A model generated the notes under the pieces. That model worked only from the letters and a program-made list of their open reading frames with translations. It was not told where the DNA came from and did not search any database. Source: an uncultured Solirubrobacteraceae bacterium (GTDB lineage Bacteria; Actinomycetota; Thermoleophilia; Solirubrobacterales; Solirubrobacteraceae). From it: a stretch of DNA of 64,000 bases. The stretch is from the NCBI GenBank assembly GCA_963752015.1, contig CAVVWS010000001.1, positions 628,382 to 692,381 on the forward strand, written 5' to 3'. This document shows positions 1-9,460 of this stretch, one piece after another (within the stretch, counting starts at the first letter, position 1; every line of letters starts with the position of its first letter). Made by a program: the position numbers and the translations under genes.

Positions 1-129
1 CGCCCCGTTGAGAGCGTTCGTGCTCGCCGCGAACAGGTCGATCGTCGTGAAGTTCCCGGTGAACTTGAATCCGCCCCAGTGGACGCTGGCGGCGAGAATC
101 GGCGCGTCGAACAAGCCGTCCACGCTCAT
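1..129 (-). CDS. UPF0126/TRIC-type membrane protein, N-terminal part (gene runs off the window start)
   Basis: ATG at 129 on the minus strand. Translation MSVDGLFDAPILAASVHWGGFKFTGNFTTIDLFAASTNALNGA... is open to the window edge. The pattern resembles the first helix of UPF0126 (YadS/TRIC) proteins, from recall only. Confidence 0.35.
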   Translation of the reverse strand, partial: MSVDGLFDAPILAASVHWGGFKFTGNFTTIDLFAASTNALNGA

Positions 130-206
130 GTGATCGCCACATCCTCTCGGGCGTCGCGTATCACCGGGTTTCCGTCGCGAGCGAGAGTTGAGCAGTCATC
201 GCGTTC

Positions 207-735
207 TCACACCTCCAGCACGGCGCCGTGGCCCACCGGGTTAAAGCGCACGATCAGCCGCTGCGACCCCTTCGCGGCCCACCGCTCGATCGTTTCCTGG
301 CTGAGCGAGCCGTCGGCCCAGGCGATCGCCAGGGAGGTGTCGGGCGGCACGAAGGCTCCGAGCTCCTTTAGCCGTCGGGCGGACACCCCCCGTCCTGCCC
401 ACAGGCCGTACAGCGCGCCGGCGACGAGGCCGAAAAGGCCCCAGAGGATGCCGGTGACCAGCCCGCTCTCGAGCGGGCCGAGGACCCCGCCGTCGCCGCC
501 GGCGAAGCCCACGATCAAGCCGTACGCCACACCGAACAGCCCCCAGCTGATCAGGTCGCTCTTCGAAAAGGCGGCGCTCCCGGTGGTGGGGTCGATGACG
601 CGGCGCCGGCCGTGTTCGTTCGCCTCGATGAACAAGCTCGACCTGCGGCGCCTTCTGGTCCTGGTGTCCGGCGGAGCCGGACTTGCCCAGGGCCTGCCGG
701 GCGGCGTGCTCACCGGCGAAGCGGACGAGCAGCAT
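207..735 (-). pseudogene. DUF1269-family membrane protein, copy B (frame-disrupted as sequenced)
   Basis: ORF 207..713 reads ...SLFIEANEHGRRRVIDPTTG...WGLFGVAYGLIVGFAGGDGG...GLFGLVAGALYGLWAG (glycine-zipper TM), parallel to copy A and to 4996..5523. The expected N-terminus MLLVRFAGEHAARQALGKS is in ORF 241..735, so a frame change is needed near 640-660. Confidence 0.55.
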
Positions 736-737
736 GT

Positions 738-1359
738 TCAGCGCGGCAGCCTGGTCCGTGGCCGCCGTGGGTGCCGCGCCGGCCGGCGTGGCCGAGGTGT
801 TGACCGGCTGTGCGGCACCGCTGTAGACCTGCGCGGACAGGTCCGCTCTGACCGCCGCGACACGGCGGTCGCGGGCTGATACGAGGCGGTGGACGCCAGG
901 ATCCGCCGCGGATCAGGGCCACGCACGAAGGCCACGATGGCCGAGGAGTTGCGCGGCAGGCGGCCGCCGATCCGCTTGAGCTCGTCCTTGGTGAGCAGGT
1001 GCTCGGAGTAATAGGCGTACAGGCCGCCGCAGACGGCGCCGAGCACCGCCCAGACCGCGAGGCTGTCCAGGCCTCCGGCGAGCAGGCCGAAGAGGCCCCA
1101 GGTCAGCGCCGAGGTCAGGGTGCCCGCCAGGGTCCGATGCGGGTCATAGACCCGCGCCTTGCGCTTGGCGTTGACCGTGACGACCACCTCATCCTCGATC
1201 GCGTCCCCGCTCTGCCCGAGCCGCTTGTCCAGCTGCCTGCGGATCTTCGCGGCCTGCCTCCGCCCGGCAAAGCAAGCGAGCAGAACACACAGCTCGGCGC
1301 CCGCGTCGGCATCCCGACGCGCGCTCGCGGGCACTGCGTCTGCGGAGCCGCCGCTCATC
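738..1359 (-). CDS. DUF1269-family membrane protein, copy A
   Basis: ATG at 1359 overlaps the sulfatase stop (ATGA). Reads ...EDEVVVTVNAKRKARVYDPHRT...TSALTWGLFGLLAGGLDSLAVWAVLGAVCGGLYAYY. The last ~45 codons are Arg/Pro-rich with poorer third-position GC than the alternative frame, so a frame error near 870 is possible. Confidence 0.55.
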
Positions 1360-2901
1360 CGGCCTGGTGCTCGATTCCGTGGCTGGGATCCGGGAGCTCG
1401 TCGTGCTGCTGGACGAGCGAGGTGGCGTATTGGATGATCGGTCCGATCTGGAGGTGCGTCTGGGGCACGAATGTGCCCGGTTTGGGGGGCGTGTACGGAT
1501 CGGGCGTTCCCGGCTTGATCGGGGGCTCGGCGACCATCGACTTCAGAAATGCGCCGGCCGCGGCTGCGACCGGGTGCAACACCCAGGCGTGCGGGAAGTC
1601 GACCTGGTGCTCCTCGCGGGGGTCCCATTCGAGGTTGTGCAACCACGGCATGTTCAGTGCCGTCCAGGTCGAGTAGAAGTCGTCCTGCTTGAACAGATGG
1701 ACCTTCCACTGGTGCCACTTGGCCGCCTGGAGCCGGTTCCCGTTGAGGTGCAGGATGATGTCGCGACCGGACTCCTCGGCGTCGCCGAGCAGGAACTCGC
1801 GCATGTCCATCCCGTCGATCATCCGGTCGCCGGGCACCTTCGCGCCGGCGACGTTGAGCAGCGTCGGGTACCAGTCGACCGCGTGCACGAGCTCGTTGCT
1901 GACCTTCCCGGCCGGTATCTTCCCCGGCCAGCGGACGATGCAGGGCGTCCGGTTTGACCCCTCGAGCGTGGTGAACAAACCGCCGCGCCACGGCCCCGAG
2001 AATCCCGTCCACCATGCTCCGGCCGGATCCGGGTCGATGGCGGGGTAGTGGTAGGTGGTGTCGGCGCCGTTGTCGGAGGCCCAGACGACGATCGTGTCGT
2101 CCGCGAGCCCGAGCTCGTCGAGCTTGTCGAGGACCACGCCGGTGAAGTCGTCCATCTGGGTCAGGATGTCGGCCCAGTTGCCGCGCCTGGTCTTGCCGAC
2201 GTACTCCGGGTCGGGAATCGCCGGGTTGTGCACCTGCGTGTAGGGCAGGTACAGGTAGAACGGCTTGCCGGCCGCCTTCGAGCGCGTCATGAACTCGGTA
2301 GCCCACTCGGTGATCTTGCGATCGAACCCGGCGCGGAACTCCGCGTCGTAGGTTGAGATCACCTCGTGCTTCTCGCCCTTCTTCCTCGAGAAGATCGGGC
2401 TTGGCTCGAGCGGGACCTTCGTGGAGCCGGCATAGGGTTCGGCGGTCACCTCTCCGTTCGGGAAGTAGGACTGCATCGTCCACAGCACCTCGTCGGCCGT
2501 GCGCGGGCACCACACCGACTCGTCGAAGCCGAAATCGACCGGGCTCCGGCTCTCCGGGTCGCTGCCCAGGTGCCACTTGCCCCACATCCCCGTTGCGTAC
2601 CCGGCATCCGACAGCGCCTGGGCACTCGTCACCTCCCAGCGCGTCATCCCGTCCGCGCCACCCGTGACCGGAATCGATTGCGTCCCCGAGCGGATGGCAT
2701 GACGGCCGGTCAACAGCGACGACCGCGCCGGCGTGCACTGCGCCTCGACGTTGAAGTTCAAAAGCTTCAACCCCTCGCCAGCGAGCGCGTCGATCCGCGG
2801 CGTGGGGCACCGCGCAACACGCCGCCGCCGTAGCAGCCGAGCTCACCCCACGCGAAGTTGTCCCAGTAGAAGAACACGATGTTCGGCTGCTTCGCACTCA
2901 T
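1355..2901 (-). pseudogene. Cys-type arylsulfatase (frame-disrupted as sequenced)
   Basis: ORF 1355..2770 carries the sulfatase signature CTPARSSLLTGR and GKWHLG. The missing N-terminus MSAKQPNIVFFYWDNFAWGELGCYGGGVLRGAP reads from ATG 2901 in another frame and stops at 2767. The frames join at the G4 run 2804-2807. Confidence 0.8.
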
Positions 2902-2956
2902 GCGTTGCTCCTCGATTCGTCGAGCCACCGTTGATCAACGCTGGTCGGCTCTGTGG

Positions 2957-3173
2957 TCACGATCTCTCCGCGGGCGGCTCGCCGATCTGCTCGAGGGAGA
3001 TGAGCTCAAGGCCCAGCTCCTGGATTCGGTCGATGAATCCGTGCAGCTGCGCCCGGTCTCGGACTGGTCCCTGTCAGAACGGTCGTCCCTTCGAGTCGGT
3101 CCATGCCCATGCCGTTGAACAGGTAGGCGAACCGCGCATCGAGCTCGCCGCGTACGACGATTCGGTAGTCCAT
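2957..3173 (-). pseudogene. small conserved hypothetical protein (~71 aa), frame-disrupted
   Basis: ATG 3173 gives MDYRIVVRGELDARFAYLFNGMGMDRLEGTTVLTG. A frame change near 3064-3071 (CCC run) then gives PVRDRAQLHGFIDRIQELGLELISLEQIGEPPAERS*. The joined sequence matches a small protein type I recall as common in actinobacteria. Confidence 0.45.
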
Positions 3174-3250
3174 GCGTTTCACCGCGATGTCCGCATCGGC
3201 GGCCCTGACGCTGACGCACGAGAAGGTGAGCGTGCGCCCTCGGCGCGCGA

Positions 3251-3267
3251 TTCACCTAGGTGAAGTT
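3251..3267. promoter_or_regulatory. palindrome TTCACCTAGGTGAA; copy 1 of the exact 15-mer CACCTAGGTGAAGTT
   Basis: Perfect 14-bp palindrome in the divergent intergenic region between 3173 (minus-strand start) and 3558 (plus-strand start). The same 15-mer recurs at 4305-4319. Confidence 0.35.
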
Positions 3268-3557
3268 GCGCGTTCGATTAGCCCGCGCTCGCGAATGCGG
3301 AGATGGGGCAACGCCAAAAGCGCCGCGTATTGCTCGCTCGGCCTCGCGTCCACGACACTTGCGCAATGGCGGGGCTCCTTCCATCCGGACTTTCGCCTAC
3401 GGCCGGCATCGCGTGCACGTGGAATCCGGGTGCGCCTCGTCAGATGAGGCGCCGGGGCCGTGGCCGACCCGCGCGTCCGGCGCCGCTCCGCTGCGGGCAT
3501 GCGTCGCAACGACCGGTTCACCGACGACCGGCGCCGCCGTTCGCCGAGCCGCGCGCG

Positions 3558-4271
3558 ATGAATCTCGAGGCGCTGGTCTTGGGGTTGTTGAGCGGCCTAC
3601 GGCCCGGGACGAGCCTCGCGGCGGTCCTCGTGTTGATCTCAACGCCCAAGCCACAGCGGCCATTGCTCGTTTTCACCGCCTCGGGCCTTGCCTCGAGCTG
3701 GGCGATCGGGCTGGTGGTGGTCGGGGCCTTCCACGGTGCCAACGTGGCCGTGGGGGGGTCGACGTTCACGGCCGTGCTCGACGTTGTCTTTGGTGCGGCG
3801 GCGCTCGGGTTCGCGGCCGGTCTGCACTGGGGGTGGGTCCAACCCACGCGTCGGCGCCGGTCCAGCCCATCGGCAACCGCCGCAGGTTCGCGGTTCGGAC
3901 GGGACCTGCGGAACCCCTCCACCCGCGACGTCGCCGTCGCCGGGATAGGCACGCATCTACCCGGGCTCATCTACCTTGCGGCGCTCAACGCAATCGCCTC
4001 GGAACGGCCTGGCCCCGTGGACGCCGCCCTGCAGGTCGCGCTCTACGACGCCCTTTGGTTCCTGATCCCCCTCGCGTCGCTCGTGCTGGCCGTGGTGCGC
4101 CCCGGTGCGGCCCGCGCCTATCTCGCGGCGGCGACGGCCCGGGTCCGTCGCCACGAGCACGCCCTCCTCGTGTCGGGCGCCTTCGTTCTTGGCGGCTACC
4201 TCGTCGTCAAAGGGACGCGCGCCTGCTCACCTGAACGGCGATGCGCCCGTCGAAGAGCACGGGGGCGATGA
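3558..4271 (+). CDS. GAP-family (Sap/DUF2910-like) integral membrane protein
   Basis: ATG 3558. MNLEALVLGLLSGLRPGTSLAAVLVLI... with about 6 hydrophobic segments and a central basic loop (QPTRRRRSSPS), as in GAP-family proteins. Confidence 0.6.
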   Translation: MNLEALVLGLLSGLRPGTSLAAVLVLISTPKPQRPLLVFTASGLASSWAIGLVVVGAFHGANVAVGGSTFTAVLDVVFGAAALGFAAGLHWGWVQPTRRRRSSPSATAAGSRFGRDLRNPSTRDVAVAGIGTHLPGLIYLAALNAIASERPGPVDAALQVALYDALWFLIPLASLVLAVVRPGAARAYLAAATARVRRHEHALLVSGAFVLGGYLVVKGTRACSPERRCARRRARGR

Positions 4272-4304
4272 GCCGGGACCGGCGAACCGCCATTGCTGAA
4301 GGAC

Positions 4305-4319
4305 CACCTAGGTGAAGTT
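4305..4319. promoter_or_regulatory. copy 2 of the 15-mer CACCTAGGTGAAGTT (10-bp palindrome core CACCTAGGTG)
   Basis: Exact repeat of 3253-3267, about 130 bp upstream of the 4447 gene start. Confidence 0.35.
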
Positions 4320-4446
4320 CGCTCAGACTGGTCTCCTCACCTATCGGTCGGCCAGACTCGCAGGGTCGGCCGACCGGGTCGACAGCAACGTCCGGCGAAG
4401 ATGTCGCGCGTGCCGGGTAGCAACACCTCTGACGGGGGACTGAACG

Positions 4447-4917
4447 ATGACTGAGGTAACCGCCGAACAGCTCGAGACCGAGGAGTCGATGTTCGTGCAG
4501 ACCGCGGAGGGCGTTGACAGCGACGGGCAGAGCCTGACGTTGCGCGGGGTGACGCCGTCGACGCTCTACTTCTCTGACAGGCCCAAGCGGGTCGTCGGGC
4601 ATCTGTCGATCGCCGATTTCGTCGACCTGTGGGCGGTCGGTGACAACAGCTTCGAGACCGATCCGCCGAACGCAGTGCTCGCGTTTCTCGAACCCGATGC
4701 CGACGCGCCGCAAGAGGCCGTAGTCGTGCTCAAAGAGCCGAACCTCGGCAGCGCCGGCGAGCTCTCGTACTCGATCGAGGTGCTCGAGGGGAGCGTTCCG
4801 ACGCATGCGGGACCGGTCTCGCTTTTCATCGACCCTTTCGGACGGCCGCTCTCGCCCGTCTCGGTGTGCGGAATCCGGAGGCGAGAGCGGCGACGCATGC
4901 GACGACGGGCGTACTGA
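4447..4917 (+). CDS. conserved hypothetical protein with strongly basic C-terminal tail
   Basis: Intact 156-aa ORF with good coding bias, ...LFIDPFGRPLSPVSVCGIRRRERRRMRRRAY. First gene of a co-directional set with the DUF1269 and DUF7144 genes. Confidence 0.55.
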   Translation: MTEVTAEQLETEESMFVQTAEGVDSDGQSLTLRGVTPSTLYFSDRPKRVVGHLSIADFVDLWAVGDNSFETDPPNAVLAFLEPDADAPQEAVVVLKEPNLGSAGELSYSIEVLEGSVPTHAGPVSLFIDPFGRPLSPVSVCGIRRRERRRMRRRAY

Positions 4918-4995
4918 CCGACACGTCGCCCGATGCGCATCCGTGAACGGAACGGCCGGGGCATGTCGTCACGGCCGATGACAGAAGGAGGAACA

Positions 4996-5523
4996 ATGCC
5001 CAATGACAATCTCGCGCTTGTGGTCGGCACCTACGCCGATGCGCGGGCAGCGGCCGACGACTTCGCGACACTCAAGTCCGGCCAGGAGACCGGCGAGTAC
5101 CAAGTCGTCGGAGCCGTCGTGATGAATCGCGACGCAAACGGCAAGGTCGAGGTCAACGAGCACGGCGACAAGAACGTCGCTGGTGGCGCCACCGCGGGCG
5201 GAGCCGCCGGGCTCGTCGTCGGCCTGTTCGCGCCGCCGCTGCTGGCAGCGACCGCGATCGGGGCCGGTGTCGGCGCGGGGATCGGCGCGCTCAAAAAGCG
5301 CCACGAAGAGAAGCAGCTCGGCGTCGACGTCGACGAATACCTGCCGCCGGGATCCTCGGCGGTCGTGGCGGTCGTCGACGACCGGTGGGCCGACAAGGTC
5401 GAGAACGCCCTGGTCAAATCGGACAAGCGGGTCGACAAGGCGATCGACTCGGGCGACTACGACGAGCTGCAGAAGGCGATCGCGAAGTCATCCGACGAGG
5501 TGTCGGGCGCGATCACCTCATAG
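4996..5523 (+). CDS. DUF1269-family membrane protein
   Basis: ATG 4996 preceded by GAAGGAGG. MPNDNLALVVGTYADARAAADDFATLKSG...VVGAVVMNRDANGKVEVNE...GGATAGGAAGLVVGLFAPPLLAATAIGAGVGAGIGAL. Confidence 0.75.
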   Translation: MPNDNLALVVGTYADARAAADDFATLKSGQETGEYQVVGAVVMNRDANGKVEVNEHGDKNVAGGATAGGAAGLVVGLFAPPLLAATAIGAGVGAGIGALKKRHEEKQLGVDVDEYLPPGSSAVVAVVDDRWADKVENALVKSDKRVDKAIDSGDYDELQKAIAKSSDEVSGAITS

Positions 5524-5597
5524 GTCACGGAGCGGCCGCCGGCAGCTTCCGCACGATCGACCTGAGAAGCCGTTCTTCGACAAGACCTGGCGGCCAT

Positions 5598-5631
5598 GCC
5601 CGTCGAGCCAATCAGTGCGGGCTCGACGGGC
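5598..5631 (+). terminator. strong hairpin (12-bp perfect stem) between DUF1269 and DUF7144 genes
   Basis: GCCCGTCGAGCC-aatcagtgcg-GGCTCGACGGGC. No U-tract follows, so a terminator, attenuator or processing role is a guess. Confidence 0.3.
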
Positions 5632-5666
5632 AGACCGCAACAACCGGACGCTGAGGAGTTAACGCC

Positions 5667-6050
5667 ATGCGAGGCATTGGACGAGCGATGTTCGCCGCGA
5701 TCCTGCTGTTGATCGCGGGCACGCTCAACGTCATCTACGGCATCGGCGCGCTGGACAGCGCAAACATCTTCCTCAACAACCAGAGGTTCATCTTCACCGA
5801 CCTCAACACGATGGGCTGGGTCCTGATCATCATCGGCGTGATCCAGTTCACCGGGGGGTTCTCGCTGATCGCCGGCAACACCTACGGCCGGATCATCGGC
5901 ATCGTCGGTGCCAGCCTCGGTGCGATCGCCGCCGTGTTCTCGATCGGGGGTTCCAACCCGTGGTGGTCGCTCGCCGTCTTCGCCCTCTGCCTCTACATCA
6001 TCCACGGCCTGTTCATCTTCGGCGAGGATGAGCGTGCATACGGCAGCTGA
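5667..6050 (+). CDS. DUF7144-like small membrane protein (4 TM)
   Basis: MRGIGRAMFAAILLLIAGTLNVIYGIGALDSANIF...GWVLIIIGVIQFTGGFSLIAG...NPWWSLAVFALCLYIIHGLFIFG matches the family pattern from recall. Confidence 0.7.
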   Translation: MRGIGRAMFAAILLLIAGTLNVIYGIGALDSANIFLNNQRFIFTDLNTMGWVLIIIGVIQFTGGFSLIAGNTYGRIIGIVGASLGAIAAVFSIGGSNPWWSLAVFALCLYIIHGLFIFGEDERAYGS

Positions 6051-6079
6051 GCGCGGCACGCAGCAGTGAGCCTCGTGCG

Positions 6080-8317
6080 TCAGATGAGCCCGCGCTCGCT
6101 GGCCCGGGCCACCGCCTCGGCGCGCGATGAGACGTCGAGCTTTCGGTAGATCGACTTCGTGTGGGTGTGGATCGTGTTGTGCGAGAGATAGAGCTCGCGC
6201 CCGATGTCGCGCTCTGACAGCGGGCCTCGGAGCATTCGCAACACGGCCAGCTCGCGCTGACTCAGATCCTCTCCTCGCGTCGGCGGGCGTGATCCGGCTG
6301 GTCGCTCGAGCGCCGCGAGCCGATCCTCCAGGATGCCGGGATCGGGACACGAGTCCACGGTCGCCCGCGCTTCGGTGATCACGGCGCGAAGGCCGTCGGT
6401 TTCGCCCACGACGCGAAGCACCGATGCGTGGCAGATCAGAGCATTCGCGAATTCGAGTGGCTGTCCGAAGGAACGCAACACCCCCACACCGCGTTCGAGG
6501 AGGGGCAGCGCCTCGTCATGCTTCCCTCGAGCCGCCAATGACTGGCCCGCCGCCACGAAGACCTCGCCGTCTACCGCGTCGACGCCGTGTTCTCGCGCGA
6601 GCTTTACCGCGTCGCCGGCCAGCGACGCCTGTTCCTCGAGGCGCCCCCGCTCGCCGGCGATGAGCGAGCGATATGCCAGCGCCGACACACCGACGATCCA
6701 TTGCTCACTCGCGGGTGCGAGCTCCGCCGTCTGCGTGTACCAGCGATCGGCTTCGGCGGAGTCTCCACCGAAGTAGTGGCCCGCGCCGAGCGCCCAGCAG
6801 ATGGCCGGCCACCAGGGCGACTGCGAGTCCTCGAGCTTCGCCGCTCGGCGCGCGTGCTCGAGCGCCGTGCCCACGTCACCCCAGGGAAAGATTCCCCGGA
6901 GTGTGGCCAGGCTCGATTCGAGCGAGCTGAAGCCGTCGGGCAGTGGTCCGGCCTCGACGTGCCCGAGCTCCTCGACCCTCGCGATCGCGTCCGCCGCGTC
7001 GTCGCGCATCGCGCTGAGCGACAACACCCAGGCGTGGACGAGGAGCAGCCGCTGATTGTCGCGCCTGAGTTCCGCCGGGAACCGTTGTAGCCACCCGAGG
7101 ACGGTCGCGTATCTGGCCACATGTGCGTAACGGGCCCACGCGGCTTCGATCTGCTCGCCGGCCTCGGCAAAGGCCCCGGCCTCGAGCGCATGCTCGATCG
7201 CCTCGTCGACGGAGCCGTGATCCCGGTGCCATGCGTAAGCCCGGCGATGGAGTGCCGGGGCAAGACCGGGCTCGCGATGCTCGAGCTCGACGCGCAGCAG
7301 CTGTGCGAAGAGGTGGTGGAAGCGGTACCACCCCCCCCGGTCGTCGAGCGGCACGAGGAACAGGTTCGTGCGCGCGAGCTCGCTCAGGAGTCCCCCGGAG
7401 TCCTCCCGTTCGAGCACGGCGTCGCAGAGTGGGCCGCAGAGGCGCTTGAGGATCGAGGAGCGCAGCATCACGGTCTGCGTCGCCGTGTCGTGCGAGCTCA
7501 GCACTTCGTCGACGAGGAAATCCACGACGTGGCGGCTGCTGCCTCCGAACCGGACGATGAGCTCGTGGCGGTCCTCGACTCCCCGAAGCGAGAGTGCCGC
7601 CAGGTAGAGGCCGGCGGGCCAGCCCTCGCTCCGCGCGACGAGATCGTCGATGTCCTCCCGCGCGAGACCGAGCTGGAGCCGTCCATTCAACAGCGCTTCC
7701 GCCTCGTCAGAGGTGAACCCGAGCTCATCGGCACGCACCTCGCGCAGCGCGCCGTGAGCCCGCAGCGCAGCCAGCGGGAGCGCCGGCTCGCTGCGGGTGC
7801 CGAGTACGAGCGTGAAGGTCGACGGAGCGTGCTCGACGAGCCAGGCAACGCCGTTCGCGGCCGGGCCGCTCGAAAGCCGGTGGAAATCGTCGAGGATCAG
7901 CGCCACGTCGCCCTGCTCGCTCAGCTCGTTCACGAGCTGGGGCAGAACGACATTCACGATGCCCGCTGCGCCAACAACCTCCGGCGACGCCGACAGCCCG
8001 ACACCGGGACAGACCCGCCTGAGCGCCTCGAGCACATGCGACCAGAGCACGACAGCGTCGTTGTCGCCCTCGTCAACCGCCAACCACGCCACCGCTTCGG
8101 TGCTTGCCTCGGCCCGGCGCCACATGCCCAACAGCGTCGTCTTGCCGTAGCCCGCGGGAGCCGCGACGACGGCGAGCCTCAGACCCGGGTCGGGTCGTAG
8201 AGCGTCCAGGAGACGATCACGTACAACTAGCTGGTCCCGCTCGGCGGGCGGATGAAGCTTCGTTTCCAGCAGGCCTATCGGACGTGGCGATTCCTGCGGA
8301 CGAACCGTCTGCTCCAT
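6080..8317 (-). CDS. LuxR-family transcriptional regulator with MalT-like N-terminal ATPase
   Basis: ATG 8317 with GAGGAG 8 nt upstream. P-loop APAGYGKTTLL, then LILDDFHRL. C-terminal HTH LSQRELAVLRMLRGPLSERDIGRELYLSHNTIHTHTKSIYRKLDVSSRAEAV. Confidence 0.85.
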   Translation of the reverse strand: MEQTVRPQESPRPIGLLETKLHPPAERDQLVVRDRLLDALRPDPGLRLAVVAAPAGYGKTTLLGMWRRAEASTEAVAWLAVDEGDNDAVVLWSHVLEALRRVCPGVGLSASPEVVGAAGIVNVVLPQLVNELSEQGDVALILDDFHRLSSGPAANGVAWLVEHAPSTFTLVLGTRSEPALPLAALRAHGALREVRADELGFTSDEAEALLNGRLQLGLAREDIDDLVARSEGWPAGLYLAALSLRGVEDRHELIVRFGGSSRHVVDFLVDEVLSSHDTATQTVMLRSSILKRLCGPLCDAVLEREDSGGLLSELARTNLFLVPLDDRGGWYRFHHLFAQLLRVELEHREPGLAPALHRRAYAWHRDHGSVDEAIEHALEAGAFAEAGEQIEAAWARYAHVARYATVLGWLQRFPAELRRDNQRLLLVHAWVLSLSAMRDDAADAIARVEELGHVEAGPLPDGFSSLESSLATLRGIFPWGDVGTALEHARRAAKLEDSQSPWWPAICWALGAGHYFGGDSAEADRWYTQTAELAPASEQWIVGVSALAYRSLIAGERGRLEEQASLAGDAVKLAREHGVDAVDGEVFVAAGQSLAARGKHDEALPLLERGVGVLRSFGQPLEFANALICHASVLRVVGETDGLRAVITEARATVDSCPDPGILEDRLAALERPAGSRPPTRGEDLSQRELAVLRMLRGPLSERDIGRELYLSHNTIHTHTKSIYRKLDVSSRAEAVARASERGLI

Positions 8318-8399
8318 TACGGCGCTCCTCAACTCGGACCGGATGGGCTGACGTCGTAGAGATGCTAGTCGACCGAGCCGTTCCAAGAGCGGAGGCGCG

Positions 8400-8678
8400 G
8401 GCGTTGAGCGGCGGCTGCATCGCCTCGTAGGGCAGGAACCGGTTGCCCTCCGGCGCGACCGTCCCGAACAGCTGCGTGTTCGCGTGCTCGTCGCCCGCGC
8501 CGGGGCGCCCGGGGCGAAGCTCGGGATCGGGTTCGACAGGGCGCGGTCTGCCCCGGCCCTCGAATGAAACGATCTCTCCCGGCTCGTACAAGCGGCCCAG
8601 GCTCTCGAAGGCCCGGTTCTCGAATATCACCGACACGACGTGGCCGACCTTGTGAGCGCCGTCGGTTGCAGTCACGGT
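8400..8678 (-). pseudogene. phosphoesterase (PLC/AcpA family) N-terminal remnant
   Basis: GHVVSVIFENRAFESLGRLYEPGEIVSFEG...DEHANTQLFGTVAPEGNRFLPYEAMQPPLNA resembles the first ~100 residues of actinobacterial phosphoesterases. The remaining ~350 aa are absent, and the frame runs into the LuxR gene. Confidence 0.4.
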
Positions 8679-8691
8679 CCGCCTCCTCGAC

Positions 8692-9460
8692 TCACGCCTT
8701 GTCGGGGCGCTGGACATCGGTGAACAGGTCTCCTTGTGCGGCGCCCGACCCGGCCCGCCCGCCACCGGGGCCACGCAGGATCCAGGCCGCTGCGACAGCA
8801 AGCAGCGCGCCGATCAGCGGCCCGGCGACGTACACCCAGTAGCCGGCGAAGTCGCCGCTGACGAGATCAGGCCCGAACGTGCGGGCGGGATTCATCGACG
8901 CACCCGAGATCGGACTTCCCCAGAGGCCCGCGAGCGCGATGTAGGCGCCCACGCCGATCGCGCCGAACAGGCCCACGTTCTGCGCGCCGGACGCGGTCCC
9001 CAGGATCACGCTGAGCAGCCCCAGCGTCAGCACAACCTCCATCAACAACGCGTCACCGTCGGAGTACCCCGAGGCCGGATAGTTCGACCCATGCGTCGCG
9101 GAGACGTCGACCACGGCGTAGAGGAACGCCGCGGCGAGCACGGCGCCGATCAACTGCACGACGATGTAGCCGGGCACCCTTCGCCACGGGAAAATCACCG
9201 CGCACCGCGAAGCCGATGCTCACCGCCGGATTCAGGTGCGCGCCGGAGACCTTGCCCATGAACAAGATGATCGACATGACCATCAGCCCCGGCGCGACGA
9301 CCGTCGCGGTACGACTGATCGTGTCCGGAAACGCCTGACCCATCATCCCGCCACCGGCCGCGACCAGCACGAGGAAGAACGTGCCCAAGAGCTCCGAGAA
9401 GAGCCTGCGCCACTCCTGACTGGGATCGGCGAAATCCCGCGAGCGATTCAGCGACCTCAC
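8692..9460 (-). pseudogene. MIP-family channel (aquaporin/glycerol facilitator), frame-disrupted as sequenced
   Basis: First half in ORF 9053..9460 (SGAHLNPAVSIGFAVRGDFP). Second half in ORF 8692..9198 (WRRVPGYIVVQ...SGASMNPARTFGP). Both NPA boxes are present. The frames join at the A4 run 9191-9194. Confidence 0.8.

Noticed and set aside
79-879. 266-aa plus-strand ORF at the window start
   Set aside because: Pro/Arg/Ser-rich translation. The minus strand encodes DUF1269-like proteins with clear glycine-zipper segments.
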